Source: Pontiella sp. (GTDB taxonomy: Bacteria > Verrucomicrobiota > Kiritimatiellia > Kiritimatiellales > Pontiellaceae). From it: a stretch of 64,000 bases of DNA. Numbering within the stretch: the stretch's first letter is position 1; the number at the start of each line of letters is the position of its first letter. The position numbers and the translations under genes were made by a program. The stretch is taken from NCBI GenBank assembly GCA_050290185.1, contig JBNKHE010000008.1:148647-212646 (forward strand). The letters run 5' to 3'. The notes under the pieces were generated by a model that saw nothing but the letters and a program-made list of their open reading frames with translations, was not told where the DNA came from and did not search any database. Positions 18,281-27,975 of this stretch are shown piece by piece.

Positions 18281-20112
18281 GCGGGGCTTTCGCGGCCGGT
18301 GAAAGCGGTCCACTTGACGGGATATTCCTCTGGATCGAACATCACGAAGTAGAAGTGCCAGATCACAATGGCGGCGCAGGCGAGAATGGCTTCGTAGTAG
18401 TGGATGGCCGTGCAGACATCGTAGAACCATTTCGGGAAGTGGGCGAGGGTCCACTCCTCGTAGGTCATGAGCGTGCCGGTAAGCACCATGACGATCGAAC
18501 CCCAGACGAGCGCCCAGTATTCGGCCTTTTCGATGTAGCTGTAGTGTTCGAAGCGGGCGCGTTCCTTGCGCAGACCGAGGTAGAAACCGAACATCTGGAA
18601 GGCATGAACCACGTCCGACCAGCGCGGGGCAAGCTGTTTGATCTGCCAGCGACCGCGTTTGGTAAAGATGATGTAGCCGATGTGGTAGATGCTCAGGGCG
18701 ATGAAGATGATGGCCATCAATTTGTGTCCATATCCGCGCCAATCGGTCTGGCCAACGAAGGGGCTGGCCCACCAGGCATCCGGATTCACCAGCGCGAAGC
18801 CGGTGTAGCCGAGCACAATGAAGGTGATGGCAAGAATGGCATGCTGGATACGCTCGCTGATGGTCATGCGGTGCGGTGCACCCTCTTCTTCGAGTTTATG
18901 AAGGTGCTCACGAATTTTTCTGAATAGATCAAATCCGTTATGCACCAGCATGCCGCCCAGTACGACGATGAACAACCAAACGTAAATAGTGCGGACGATG
19001 CCGGTGGCCTTGTGCTCGACTCCGGGCCGAGTGCCGGAATGAATCTGGCCGCGGGCCACCTGGTCCGTCACGCCGGCATGGCAGACACTGCAGGTTTTCT
19101 TCAGGTTGTTGGGGTTGATAGAGGAACGTGGGTCGCTGGAGGGTAGGATGTCGTGCTTTCCGTGACAGGAGGCGCAGTTGGCCGCCGTGAGGGAGCCGAG
19201 TCGCATGGAGAGACCGTGGTAGCTTTCCATGTAGGTTTCGACGGCAAATTCAGGCAATCGGTATTTGGTGACGATGCGTTCGGCTGCATGGCACTCTGCG
19301 CAGGTGGCCGATATGTGTGCGGCCGAGACTTTGGAGTCATCGGAGTCGGTCGATGAAATGGTATGTTCACCATGGCAGTCGGTACAGGTGGGCGCATCAT
19401 GGACGCCTTCGCTCACGGCTATTCCATGCACGCTCCGCTGGTAGGTGTTGGCGATGTTTTCGTGGCATTTCCCGCAGGTGGTGGGAATGTTTTGCCAGTA
19501 CAGTTTCGATTTTGAGTCGGTGGATTTCAGCAGGTTGTGCGAGCCGTGGCAGTCGGTACAAACGGGGGCGGTCGATCCATCATGCCGTCCCATGGCCAAT
19601 CCATGGACGCTGTTTTCGTAACTGGAGATCGGTTCGAGCTGGTGAAGATTGAATTTCTTCATCTGCTCCACGTCGCCATGGCAACGGGCGCAGGTCGCTG
19701 CGATATTCTTCCGGTTGATGGTCGAGGCTTCATTTCTGGAGGAGATGATATAGTGCGAGTCGCCGTGGCAGTCCTTGCAGGTGGCCGCCTGATCGCGCCC
19801 TTTTCGCAAGGCGATGCCGTGGGAGCTTTGCAGGTAGATTTCCGATTCGATATCGTGGCATTCCGCACAGTCGACTTTTTTCAGCGGAGTGTCGTGCATG
19901 GGGTCTTCAATGTCGTCGTGGCAACTGGTGCATTCGTTGTCGGCATGGACGGATTGCCGGAAGCGTTCGCTGTCCACAGGACGGTCGGCATCGTCTTCTC
20001 CGTGGCATTCAAGGCAGTCGGCGTTGCTGATTTGTGCGCAGGTTGTGGAAACCGTTGAAAACAGTCCGATGGCGCAAAGCAGAAGAAGCAACGATGGGTA
20101 AGCTTTTTTCAT
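18208..20112 (-). CDS. CbcL-like inner-membrane protein: 11-heme periplasmic domain fused to FdnI/HydC-type cytochrome b
   Basis: Signal peptide; 11 CxxCH counted; C-terminal ERIQH..L.ITF..L.YTG, YSYIEKAEYWALVWG, IHYYEAILA...WHFY (four conserved His). Confidence 0.88.
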   Translation of the reverse strand: MKKAYPSLLLLLCAIGLFSTVSTTCAQISNADCLECHGEDDADRPVDSERFRQSVHADNECTSCHDDIEDPMHDTPLKKVDCAECHDIESEIYLQSSHGIALRKGRDQAATCKDCHGDSHYIISSRNEASTINRKNIAATCARCHGDVEQMKKFNLHQLEPISSYENSVHGLAMGRHDGSTAPVCTDCHGSHNLLKSTDSKSKLYWQNIPTTCGKCHENIANTYQRSVHGIAVSEGVHDAPTCTDCHGEHTISSTDSDDSKVSAAHISATCAECHAAERIVTKYRLPEFAVETYMESYHGLSMRLGSLTAANCASCHGKHDILPSSDPRSSINPNNLKKTCSVCHAGVTDQVARGQIHSGTRPGVEHKATGIVRTIYVWLFIVVLGGMLVHNGFDLFRKIREHLHKLEEEGAPHRMTISERIQHAILAITFIVLGYTGFALVNPDAWWASPFVGQTDWRGYGHKLMAIIFIALSIYHIGYIIFTKRGRWQIKQLAPRWSDVVHAFQMFGFYLGLRKERARFEHYSYIEKAEYWALVWGSIVMVLTGTLMTYEEWTLAHFPKWFYDVCTAIHYYEAILACAAIVIWHFYFVMFDPEEYPVKWTAFTGRESPADRERLSPEESQVGRKKHKKSNDK

Positions 20113-20208
20113 AGTGTAAAGGTAGTTATAGGGCGACGCCAACGCAAATATAATCCGTACACATTGTGTGTGTATTTATCCCTGCGCGCCGAGCGCTAGT
20201 CTTCAAAC

Positions 20209-20245
20209 AAAAAAAAAATAGCGGCGGATTTGATTCCGCCGCCAT
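20209..20245 (-). terminator. Intrinsic terminator after the 19-heme gene
   Basis: Minus strand TGGCGGCGGA-ATCAAA-TCCGCCGCTA followed by a long T tract. Confidence 0.8.
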
Positions 20246-20266
20246 CGAGGTCAAAGGCATAAAACC

Positions 20267-23140
20267 TTATTTATAAACGAAAATCATCGAATAGATAATG
20301 CCGATGATCAGCGCGATTCCGATGGCCAGCGCGCACCAGGCAAAGAACGTGATGACCTTGACCTTGTGCTCCGGCATTGGATCGGCGAGACGCTCCTCCA
20401 GTTTTCCGGTGCGCACCATCTCTTCATATTCACCCGGCTTTTCATGCTTGAGATCTTCAAGAGGCATGCGGCCGGTGAAGATGACCTTGTCCATCGGGAA
20501 CTTCTCTGGACGGAAGTGCGTGTTAAAGAAGTGGATGCTGAAGATGAACCCGGCGGCCAGCAATGCTTCATCGCTGTGGATAATAGTTGCCACATTGATG
20601 GCCCAGCCCGGCAGGAAGTGGGAGAAGAATACCGGGAACCAGAGGATGAGCCCGGACATACCGATGACAGCAATCCCCCAGAATACGGCGAGATAGTCAA
20701 ATTTTTCCCAGTAGGTCCAGCGGCCGTATTGCGGGCGCGGGCCCTTGTGGAAATACCATTTGATGGTTTCGGCGAATTCCCGGAAGTCGCGCAGGGTTGG
20801 GAGCATGGTGTTCGGACCCAATAGCAATTCCTTCCAGGTTCCAAATTCGGTTTTCTTGCGGCGCGCCAGATCGTACAGATGAACAACGAAGATGACGACC
20901 ATGACGAGCGCCGCGGAACGATGCAGTACACCTGTCACCGTGAACCCGCCGAGCGCCTTGGAAACGGCGACCGCCCAGGGCGTATAGGCAAATTTCAGCG
21001 TCATGCCGGTGGTGGCGAGCGTGAGGAAGCAGCAGATCATGGTGGCGTGCAGGATGCGGTAGAGGAAGGTGAACCGTACGTAGAGCTTCTCGCCCGGCGC
21101 GGGTTTGTGGGCCAGACGTTCGCGGCGGGCATGCAGCGAGCGCGGCAACCACAGCAGGGTATGGATTCCGAAGAAGGTAAAGGTGCCCACGAGCAGAGCG
21201 GTCATGGCCCAGAAACTCCAGAAGATCCAGGGATACTTTTGCGGATCGTGGTGGGTGGCGTGGGTCAGATAGCCGGCAAACTTGCGGGTGGCTCCCGGAT
21301 GGCATTGCTGGCAGGTCTGTACGATGTTCTCATGGCTTAGCGAGGAGTGTGGATCGCTGATCGGCAGGATAGAGTGTGCGCCGTGGCAGTTATAGCACTT
21401 GGCGGCTTTGTCGAATCCAAGCTTGTTGGCCTTGCCGTGGAAGGTGTCAAAATAGGTTTTCGTGATTTCCTCGTGGCATTTGCCGCAACGGTCCATGATC
21501 ACGAACTTGAAGTCGTCCATATCGGTGCGCTGGATGGTGTGGGCCGTATGGCAGTCGCTACAGACCGGAAGGCCGGCTTTATCCTCGGCAGATGCCTTGT
21601 CAATGGAGTGGATGCTGGCCGAGTATTGCTCATAAATGCCCTTGTGGCACTTGGCGCAGGTGGCCGCGATGTTTCCGCGGTTTACGCTCGAGTCGGGATT
21701 GGATGCAGGGAGTTCGCCATGGGCCGTATGGCAGCTCGTGCACATGGCCGTCACAGACAAGCCGCTTTCAAGCAGGCCCTTGCCGTGGATGCTTTGCACG
21801 TAGTTGTTGACGATTTCGTGTTCTTTCCCTTGGTAGCGCACGGCAGCCTGTCCATCTTCGCGATGGCACTGGGCGCACAGGGAGGGCACGCTGGTCGGGT
21901 ACGTGGGCGAGGTGATATCGGTCTTGCCCAGTACGCCATGGGTTCCATGGCAATCCGTACAGACGGGCGCGTTTGGATTGTTTTCGGCATGGAGCTGACC
22001 GTGTGTGCTCTTCTGATACTGTTCCACCTGATCGTTGTGGCAAACCGCGCAGTCAACCTTTTCGGTGACCGTGTCGCAGGCGCGCTCGTGGCTGGGTGTG
22101 ACGCCGGTATGGCACTGGGCGCAGGCCACTTCGTTGTGCATGGAATGATCCAGTTGATCGCCGGCCACATACATCGACCGTCCGTCTGCTGCTTTCAGGT
22201 CCTCATGACTGTGGCACATGAGGCAGTCGGCATTGGCGACTCCCTGTTCGTAGAAGACCTTGCGGGCCTTGTGCGGCTGGTGACATTCGACGCAGACCGG
22301 AACGGTTTCCGGTTGTTCTTCCCACCGCTGGCCGTTGATGATCTTGCGGTGCACCCTTTCGATTTCCGAGTGGCATTGCAGGCAGGTGGATACGACGTTG
22401 TTCTGAGCAATCGATGATTTTGGGTCGGTATGGGGGAGAATGTCGTGTGCCGTGTGGCAGGAAATGCAGGTGGCGCTGCCGCTCAGCCCTTTTTTGAACA
22501 GGCCTTCACCGTGGATGCTCAGGGAATAGTTTTCAAGGATGTGGTCTTCGGGAATGTCCCGCTGCTCCATAACCTCCGTGCCTTCGCTATGGCAGGAACC
22601 GCAGAGAAAGGGGATCTTGAGCGGGGATACCGAGGATTTTCGATCGTCCACCGGCAGGATATTGTGCGATCCGTGGCAGTTTTGGCAGCGCGGGGCCAGT
22701 GGATCGCCCTTGGCCAGAGCCTGTCCATGGATACTGGCGACGAAGGATTTTTCCTGATCGTCATGGCAGCTCAGGCAGTTGACGCGCTCCAGCGGGGTGT
22801 CGTGCGGAAGCTCCACGCCATCGAGATCCGTATGGCAATCAATACAATCCAGCCCGCCGTGAACCGAGTCATCGAAGACCACTTCATCGACATAAACCGG
22901 AACTTCAACGCCGTTGCGATCCATCGTCAACGAGTCGTCTTCGTGGCAGTCGAGACAGTCGCTGTTATCCGCGATGGCTCGTGGTGCAACGCTCATGGCA
23001 ACTGTGCAACACAGCAATAGTGAAAAAGCCCGCCCTAAAATATTGAGTTTAGAAATCACACCCGTCCCCCCGGTTCCTGTATCCGTATTTCCATGATTCA
23101 TCATGCGCCCCGTTGCATTTGAAGCAAACCTCCCGTTCAT
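20267..23140 (-). CDS. Large CbcL-like protein: 19-heme domain fused to cytochrome b (start may be 23104)
   Basis: 19 CxxCH counted; YLTHATHHD; RFT..YRILH, LHRSAA, YGRWTYWEKFDYLAVFWG, IIHSDEALLA..FIF.IHFFNTHFRPEKFPMD. Confidence 0.9.
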   Translation of the reverse strand: MNGRFASNATGRMMNHGNTDTGTGGTGVISKLNILGRAFSLLLCCTVAMSVAPRAIADNSDCLDCHEDDSLTMDRNGVEVPVYVDEVVFDDSVHGGLDCIDCHTDLDGVELPHDTPLERVNCLSCHDDQEKSFVASIHGQALAKGDPLAPRCQNCHGSHNILPVDDRKSSVSPLKIPFLCGSCHSEGTEVMEQRDIPEDHILENYSLSIHGEGLFKKGLSGSATCISCHTAHDILPHTDPKSSIAQNNVVSTCLQCHSEIERVHRKIINGQRWEEQPETVPVCVECHQPHKARKVFYEQGVANADCLMCHSHEDLKAADGRSMYVAGDQLDHSMHNEVACAQCHTGVTPSHERACDTVTEKVDCAVCHNDQVEQYQKSTHGQLHAENNPNAPVCTDCHGTHGVLGKTDITSPTYPTSVPSLCAQCHREDGQAAVRYQGKEHEIVNNYVQSIHGKGLLESGLSVTAMCTSCHTAHGELPASNPDSSVNRGNIAATCAKCHKGIYEQYSASIHSIDKASAEDKAGLPVCSDCHTAHTIQRTDMDDFKFVIMDRCGKCHEEITKTYFDTFHGKANKLGFDKAAKCYNCHGAHSILPISDPHSSLSHENIVQTCQQCHPGATRKFAGYLTHATHHDPQKYPWIFWSFWAMTALLVGTFTFFGIHTLLWLPRSLHARRERLAHKPAPGEKLYVRFTFLYRILHATMICCFLTLATTGMTLKFAYTPWAVAVSKALGGFTVTGVLHRSAALVMVVIFVVHLYDLARRKKTEFGTWKELLLGPNTMLPTLRDFREFAETIKWYFHKGPRPQYGRWTYWEKFDYLAVFWGIAVIGMSGLILWFPVFFSHFLPGWAINVATIIHSDEALLAAGFIFSIHFFNTHFRPEKFPMDKVIFTGRMPLEDLKHEKPGEYEEMVRTGKLEERLADPMPEHKVKVITFFAWCALAIGIALIIGIIYSMIFVYK

Positions 23141-23146
23141 ACGTGG

Positions 23147-23170
23147 CCTCGATATGGTTGTCTATATAAT
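23147..23170 (-). promoter_or_regulatory. Candidate Rrf2 operator
   Basis: Minus strand ATATAGAC-AACCAT-ATCGA, same pattern as sites at 25403 and 26055. Confidence 0.4.
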
Positions 23171-23269
23171 CTGAGATAATATTAAGAATTTATAATGTGT
23201 ATAAATATAGAGGATAAAAATCCTTAACGTTTGCGGTTATTAGCTCCTGTACACGTCATGGTGGAGCAC

Positions 23270-23770
23270 TTATGGAGCGGCTGAATTTGTGCTTCCGCAG
23301 CAAGCGTTCGTTGCATTTTGCAACGGGCAGCACGCGCTGTTCGTTGACGTGCAAACCGGAGGATGACCCGGAGGAAGCGTGGTTTGAATCGACGGATGTC
23401 CGGGAGGCAGGGTGGCTTGGACGGGGGGATGTCCGGCAGGGAGGTTGCCCGTCGTTGATTCCGCTCCGATCGTGTTGATGCCGTCGGCGAAATAGACGGT
23501 CTCGAAGGTACGGTCGAGTGTCTTGCTGTAGAAGTTTTTCATCGGCAGTCCGGGCGGTGCAACGACCTTTTCTCCCGCCTTGAATTCGCTGGCGGGAACG
23601 GCATACCAAACGTTGCTGCCTTCGATCGCAAGCTGGACGTATGTATAGGAGCCACTGTCTTCTGTGGAGACCACCGTTCCTATAGTCGGGGATGTTGCGT
23701 CTTCGGCTGCGGCATAGCCCGAAAAACCGGCTATGAGTGCAAGAATGATCCATTTTCGAAGGTCTGGCAT
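23270..23770 (-). CDS. NrfJ-like periplasmic protein with three LP(A/P)GHP motifs and a Cys-rich tail
   Basis: Signal peptide; GTVV..EDSGSYTYV, MKNFYSKTLDRTFETVYFA; LPAGHP, LPPGHP, LPPGHP; CC...CC tail. Confidence 0.75.
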   Translation of the reverse strand: MPDLRKWIILALIAGFSGYAAAEDATSPTIGTVVSTEDSGSYTYVQLAIEGSNVWYAVPASEFKAGEKVVAPPGLPMKNFYSKTLDRTFETVYFADGINTIGAESTTGNLPAGHPPVQATLPPGHPSIQTTLPPGHPPVCTSTNSACCPLQNATNACCGSTNSAAP

Positions 23771-23789
23771 GGGTATCTTTTCCTTTTTG

Positions 23790-25280
23790 CTACATCACGG
23801 GAACGCCGGTGTGGCATTCATCGCAACTGGTTTCTTTCCATTCCTCGTCGATATCCTCGGGATGTTTGAATTCCAGCCCGCCGGTATTGATGCTTGAAAC
23901 ATCGCGACCCGGTCCCTGTGCAATGATGGTGTGGCATAGATTGCAGTCGCGGGAGATGACCTGTCCCTGTTCGCTTTCGTGGTCGCCATTATGGCAGCGG
24001 AAGCAGCCGGGCGTGATCATATGGCCGATGTGGTCGGGGTATACCTGCCAGCTGACATTCATTTCCGGGAACATGTTTTGCCGGTAGATCTGCTGTATGG
24101 CATGAATGGCGTTGAGCACATTTTCGCCGCCCTCGGGGTAGGCTTCGGTTAAGGTTTCGTCGATCGTCTGGAGGGCTTCTCCCTCGGTTTCGTATTTCCC
24201 CGTGAGCACTTCGATTCCGTTGGCCTTGATTTCCGGTATGGAAGGATCAAGTCGGCCATTTGCCAGCGCATCGTTGAGCGCCCGTTCCGGCGAATGATAC
24301 TGGTGGGTGGGGCGGTTGTGGCAGTCGATGCAGTCCATCGTGCGTATTTCCGCACTGGCGATCTGCTCGGGTGTCAGTTGCTTGCTCTTTTCCGAGGTCT
24401 GGAAAATCGTTTCATTGCCCTGGTCGTCAGTCATTCGCACCCATGGGATTTCGAGCCGTTTTTCATCGGCGGCAATATACTCGATTTTATTGTTTCCGGA
24501 AACGTGCCAGTGAATGCCCTGGGGTCGGCCGTGGGCCGGATCGCCGCCGCCCACCTTGAGTAGCATCTGGATAGTCCAGGGGCTGTTGTCCTCATCGGCA
24601 CGGAAGTAGGTGCGCTTCAGTTCCTGGGCACCAAAGAACTTTTCAGGCCAGTGGCACTCGTAGCAGGTTTCCTTGGCCGGGCGCAGGTTATGCACCGGGG
24701 TTTCGATCGGCCGGTGGTACTTATCGAAAATGACGGAGTAGACCTGATATAACCCGTTGATCTTCGATTTTACGAAAAAGTCGGCGCCCGGGCCAATATG
24801 GCATTTCACGCAACCCGCATTCGCATGCGGTGAGTTTTGGTAGGCGGTGTATTCGGGCTTCATGACCTCGTGGCAGGTTTTTCCGCAGAACTCGACCGAT
24901 TCCGTAAAATGATAGGCCCGGTAGCCGCCTACCACACTGAGGCAGATAAACATCAAGGTAACGATGACGATGATGGCAAAGTTGCGGAATTGATAGCCAT
25001 CATTAAGGTTGATGATCGGCATTCGGGTCGGCTCTCCGTGTCCTTTTAATCTGCGCTTACGCTCAAAAATAACGCCAATAAGAATCAGGAGCAGGCCCGT
25101 GATGAGGAATATGGGAACCACCATATAGGTAAAGATGCCCGTGTAGGGGTTCTCGAAATGGGTTTGCATGTCGATCACGATCAGCGTGGTGCCGGTAATA
25201 AATCCGAATGCGGCCATCACAATACCAACAAGGCTGAGAATGTTGCGGACCAGGCTGTGTTTTGATGGGTTTCGTTTCAT
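23790..25280 (-). CDS. ImcH-like NapC/NirT-family heptaheme inner-membrane cytochrome (quinol oxidase)
   Basis: Three N-terminal TM helices, NPYTGI; FCGKTCH (CX3CH) plus CVKCH, CYECH, CIDCH, CFRCH, CNLCH, CDECH; NLRPAKETC; GIHWH. Confidence 0.85.
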   Translation of the reverse strand: MKRNPSKHSLVRNILSLVGIVMAAFGFITGTTLIVIDMQTHFENPYTGIFTYMVVPIFLITGLLLILIGVIFERKRRLKGHGEPTRMPIINLNDGYQFRNFAIIVIVTLMFICLSVVGGYRAYHFTESVEFCGKTCHEVMKPEYTAYQNSPHANAGCVKCHIGPGADFFVKSKINGLYQVYSVIFDKYHRPIETPVHNLRPAKETCYECHWPEKFFGAQELKRTYFRADEDNSPWTIQMLLKVGGGDPAHGRPQGIHWHVSGNNKIEYIAADEKRLEIPWVRMTDDQGNETIFQTSEKSKQLTPEQIASAEIRTMDCIDCHNRPTHQYHSPERALNDALANGRLDPSIPEIKANGIEVLTGKYETEGEALQTIDETLTEAYPEGGENVLNAIHAIQQIYRQNMFPEMNVSWQVYPDHIGHMITPGCFRCHNGDHESEQGQVISRDCNLCHTIIAQGPGRDVSSINTGGLEFKHPEDIDEEWKETSCDECHTGVPVM

Positions 25281-25360
25281 GGCTGTATCCTGCTGTAGTT
25301 TAATCGCTTCCTATTCCTAGGCGCCTTGAAAATGAGTTTGGTGAGCAGGATAGTCAAGTT

Positions 25361-25425
25361 AAATGTGGATATATGGGTATGTTTATAATGTATTGCAATT
25401 TAATATAGACGTCGAGATCCATAAT
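25361..25425. promoter_or_regulatory. Divergent promoter region with two candidate Rrf2 operators
   Basis: ATGTGGAT-ATATGG-GTATG and ATATAGAC-GTCGAG-ATCCATAAT; TATAAT at 25384. Confidence 0.45.
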
Positions 25426-25488
25426 ATGCTTGTCTGTGCTCAGTCTGAGGAATAGAATTTAAACCGAGTTAAAGGGAAGAGCTTTATA

Positions 25489-25926
25489 ATGATGTCGTTA
25501 TCGCAAACTACAGGGCATGCAATTCGGGCCCTGGCCTGTCTGGCGGGGTGTGCAAATCCACCGGCAAACATCAAGGATGTAGCCTCGTGCGCCGGGGTTC
25601 CCTCGGCCTATCTGGCTAAAATCGTAAAGAAACTTAATGATGCCGGCATTGTTGCCTCCAAGCGTGGCAGTACGGGCGGGATATGGCTGGCACGGCCCGC
25701 CAAGCTGATCAGCCTGTACGAAGTGTCCTGTGCAGTGGAGGGGCCTGATTTTCTGAGTCCTTGCCTGTTCGGGCCGGAACCCTGTGGCAGTGAGCGCGAA
25801 TGCCCCAATCATGAATTCTGGGTGAAAAACCGCGAAATGATCCGTAGGGAGCTGGAGCGTACCAAGCTTTCCGATGTGCTCGAATTCTATCGGGGCCGGG
25901 GCAGGCATCAAATGCCTGCGGAGTGA
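25489..25926 (+). CDS. Rrf2-family transcriptional regulator with Fe-S ligand Cys residues
   Basis: LSQTTGHAIRAL, VPSAYLAKIVKKL..AGIVASKRG..GG..LARP; C-X6-C-X5-C-PNH. Confidence 0.92.
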   Translation: MMSLSQTTGHAIRALACLAGCANPPANIKDVASCAGVPSAYLAKIVKKLNDAGIVASKRGSTGGIWLARPAKLISLYEVSCAVEGPDFLSPCLFGPEPCGSERECPNHEFWVKNREMIRRELERTKLSDVLEFYRGRGRHQMPAE

Positions 25927-26054
25927 ATCGGGTTCGAGAAGGTAGAGTGTGATCTTTCTGCAGGCCCCGTTTGTTTCCCTTTTTTTTTACAGGCGCTTCG
26001 CCTGATTCTTGCACGTTTTAACGCCGGCGAGGCTGTCGTCCTGAGATTGAATTT

Positions 26055-26078
26055 AAAGTAGACATCGGGATCTTTTTA
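26055..26078 (+). promoter_or_regulatory. Candidate Rrf2 operator upstream of the c554-like gene
   Basis: AAAGTAGAC-ATCGGG-ATCTTTTT. Confidence 0.4.
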
Positions 26079-26165
26079 TCTGGATGTTGTGTGGCGGGTT
26101 TATTATTACTGACCTGATAACCATTATCAGCGGAAAACGTTGGAGCCATAAACCGGGAGCAGAAA

Positions 26166-26744
26166 ATGAAAAAGTGGATAGTTTTCAGTAGTATCGGTCT
26201 TTCAATGATGTTTGTTTCATTCGCTTCGGGGCAGTCCGAAGACGTGTCCAAGCTGGTGGGTACCAAGAAATGCGCGATGTGCCACAAAAAGGATGATGGC
26301 GGAAACCAATATGGAAAGTGGATGGAAGCAAGCCACTCCAAGGCCTATGAAGTGCTCGCTTCCGACGAGGCCAAGGCGGTTGGCACCAAGCTGGGAATCG
26401 ACAATCCGCAAACCAGCGGCGCGTGTCTGAAGTGCCATTCCACGGCCTATTACTTTACCGAAGAGCTCAAAAGCGACGCCGTTGCGGTCGAAGATGGCGT
26501 TTCCTGCGAGTCGTGCCATGGCCCCGGCGCCGACTATAAGAAAAAATCGATCATGCAAAACCACGACGATGCGGTGGCCAACGGAATGGTTGCCGACGCG
26601 AAGACGCGTTGTGTAGTCTGTCACAACGATACGGGCCCGACCTGGAATCCCGAGCGCTACACCTTGCCTGATGGCACAACCACCGGATTCGATCTGACTC
26701 AAGCCTACGAAAAGATCAAACACGAAAAGCCTGCGGCAGAATAG
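26166..26744 (+). CDS. Periplasmic tetraheme cytochrome, c554 family
   Basis: Signal peptide; VGTKKCAMCH, QYGKW..SH.KAY, CLKCH, GVSCESCHGPG, CVVCH. Confidence 0.88.
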   Translation: MKKWIVFSSIGLSMMFVSFASGQSEDVSKLVGTKKCAMCHKKDDGGNQYGKWMEASHSKAYEVLASDEAKAVGTKLGIDNPQTSGACLKCHSTAYYFTEELKSDAVAVEDGVSCESCHGPGADYKKKSIMQNHDDAVANGMVADAKTRCVVCHNDTGPTWNPERYTLPDGTTTGFDLTQAYEKIKHEKPAAE

Positions 26745-26750
26745 CGATCC

Positions 26751-26772
26751 AAGGGGCCGCGAATGGCCCTTT
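26751..26772 (+). terminator. Hairpin after c554-like gene
   Basis: AAGGGGCC-GCGAAT-GGCCCCTT. Confidence 0.5.
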
Positions 26773-26816
26773 GGTACGCTGTGAAACATGGCTAAAAGCA
26801 TCAGTATACTGTCAGA

Positions 26817-27911
26817 ATGAAAGATCCTTTTGAAAAGCTAAAGAAGGCCTTCTTTGTCGCCGGCGTGAACTACCGTACGGCACCGGTCGAGGTTCGTGAG
26901 CGGATGGCGGTGGCGCATCCGGATCGTGAAGAGGTCAGTCGCTTGCTTCAGCTCAAGGCAGGGCTTTCCGAGGTAGTGGTGCTCTGGACCTGCAACCGGG
27001 TCGAAATCTATGGCGTGACTGCCCGGGGTGGCGAGGTTGATGTCGCTGCCATTTTCGAATGTATGGGAAGGGAAGCCCCAAGCCTGTCTTCTCATGTCTA
27101 TTGTCTCTACGGGCAGGATGCGCTGACCCACCTGTTCAAGGTTTCCTGTGGTCTGGATTCCATGGTTTTGGGTGAAACCCAGATTACCGGACAGGTTCGC
27201 GATGCCTACGAAGCCGCCCGCAAGGTGACGCTGGCCGGAAAAATCCTCAACAGCGTATTCCAGAAAGCATTGCAGACGGCTAAGGCGGTCCGTACGCAGA
27301 CGTCGCTCGGGCAGGGGGCCCGATCCGTTGGCGGTGCCGCAGTTGCCCATGCGCGCGAGGTTCTTGGTTCGGATGGTCTGGGTCGGCACAAGGTTTTGAT
27401 GATCGGTGCGGGTGAAATGGCTGCCTGCTGCCTGCTCCACCTTCAGAAAAAAGGGGAATGCGAAGTGGTTGTGGCCAACCGTTCGCAGGATCGTGCACGG
27501 CGTTTGGCAGAAGAGTTCGAGGGAACGGCGATCCCTTTCCGTGAACGTTATGAGGCCATGGTAGATGCTGATGTGGTGATCAGTTCAACCGGCAGTACCT
27601 CAACGGTGATTCATCGTGCCGAATTGGAGCAGGTCATGCAGCTCCGCTCGCAGCGACCGCTGATGATTATCGATATTGCGGTGCCTCGCGACGTGGATCC
27701 CGATGTTGTGGAAGTGGGCGGGGTTCATCTTCACGATATCGATGCCTTGGAGTCCACGGTGCGGCAGACGCTGGGCCGTTGGGAAAAAGATCTGGAATTC
27801 TGCGAAGAAATCATGGCGCAGGAGATTGAAAATCTAAAGGAGCAGTTCCGCAGCCGGGCTGCCGCCCGCAAGCGGGCCCAGCAACAACAACGGTTACAGC
27901 AGGCGGGCTAG
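26817..27911 (+). CDS. hemA: Glutamyl-tRNA reductase (second copy)
   Basis: GVNYRTAPVEVRE, TCNRVE, HLFKV..GLDSMVLGETQITGQV, IGAGEM, IDIAVPRDVDP; short C-terminus. Confidence 0.93.
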   Translation: MKDPFEKLKKAFFVAGVNYRTAPVEVRERMAVAHPDREEVSRLLQLKAGLSEVVVLWTCNRVEIYGVTARGGEVDVAAIFECMGREAPSLSSHVYCLYGQDALTHLFKVSCGLDSMVLGETQITGQVRDAYEAARKVTLAGKILNSVFQKALQTAKAVRTQTSLGQGARSVGGAAVAHAREVLGSDGLGRHKVLMIGAGEMAACCLLHLQKKGECEVVVANRSQDRARRLAEEFEGTAIPFRERYEAMVDADVVISSTGSTSTVIHRAELEQVMQLRSQRPLMIIDIAVPRDVDPDVVEVGGVHLHDIDALESTVRQTLGRWEKDLEFCEEIMAQEIENLKEQFRSRAAARKRAQQQQRLQQAG

Positions 27912-27975
27912 AGACAATTGGGACAGGTAGACAGTTAACTAAGCAGTGGCGATATCGCCATGGAGGGGAAATAAA

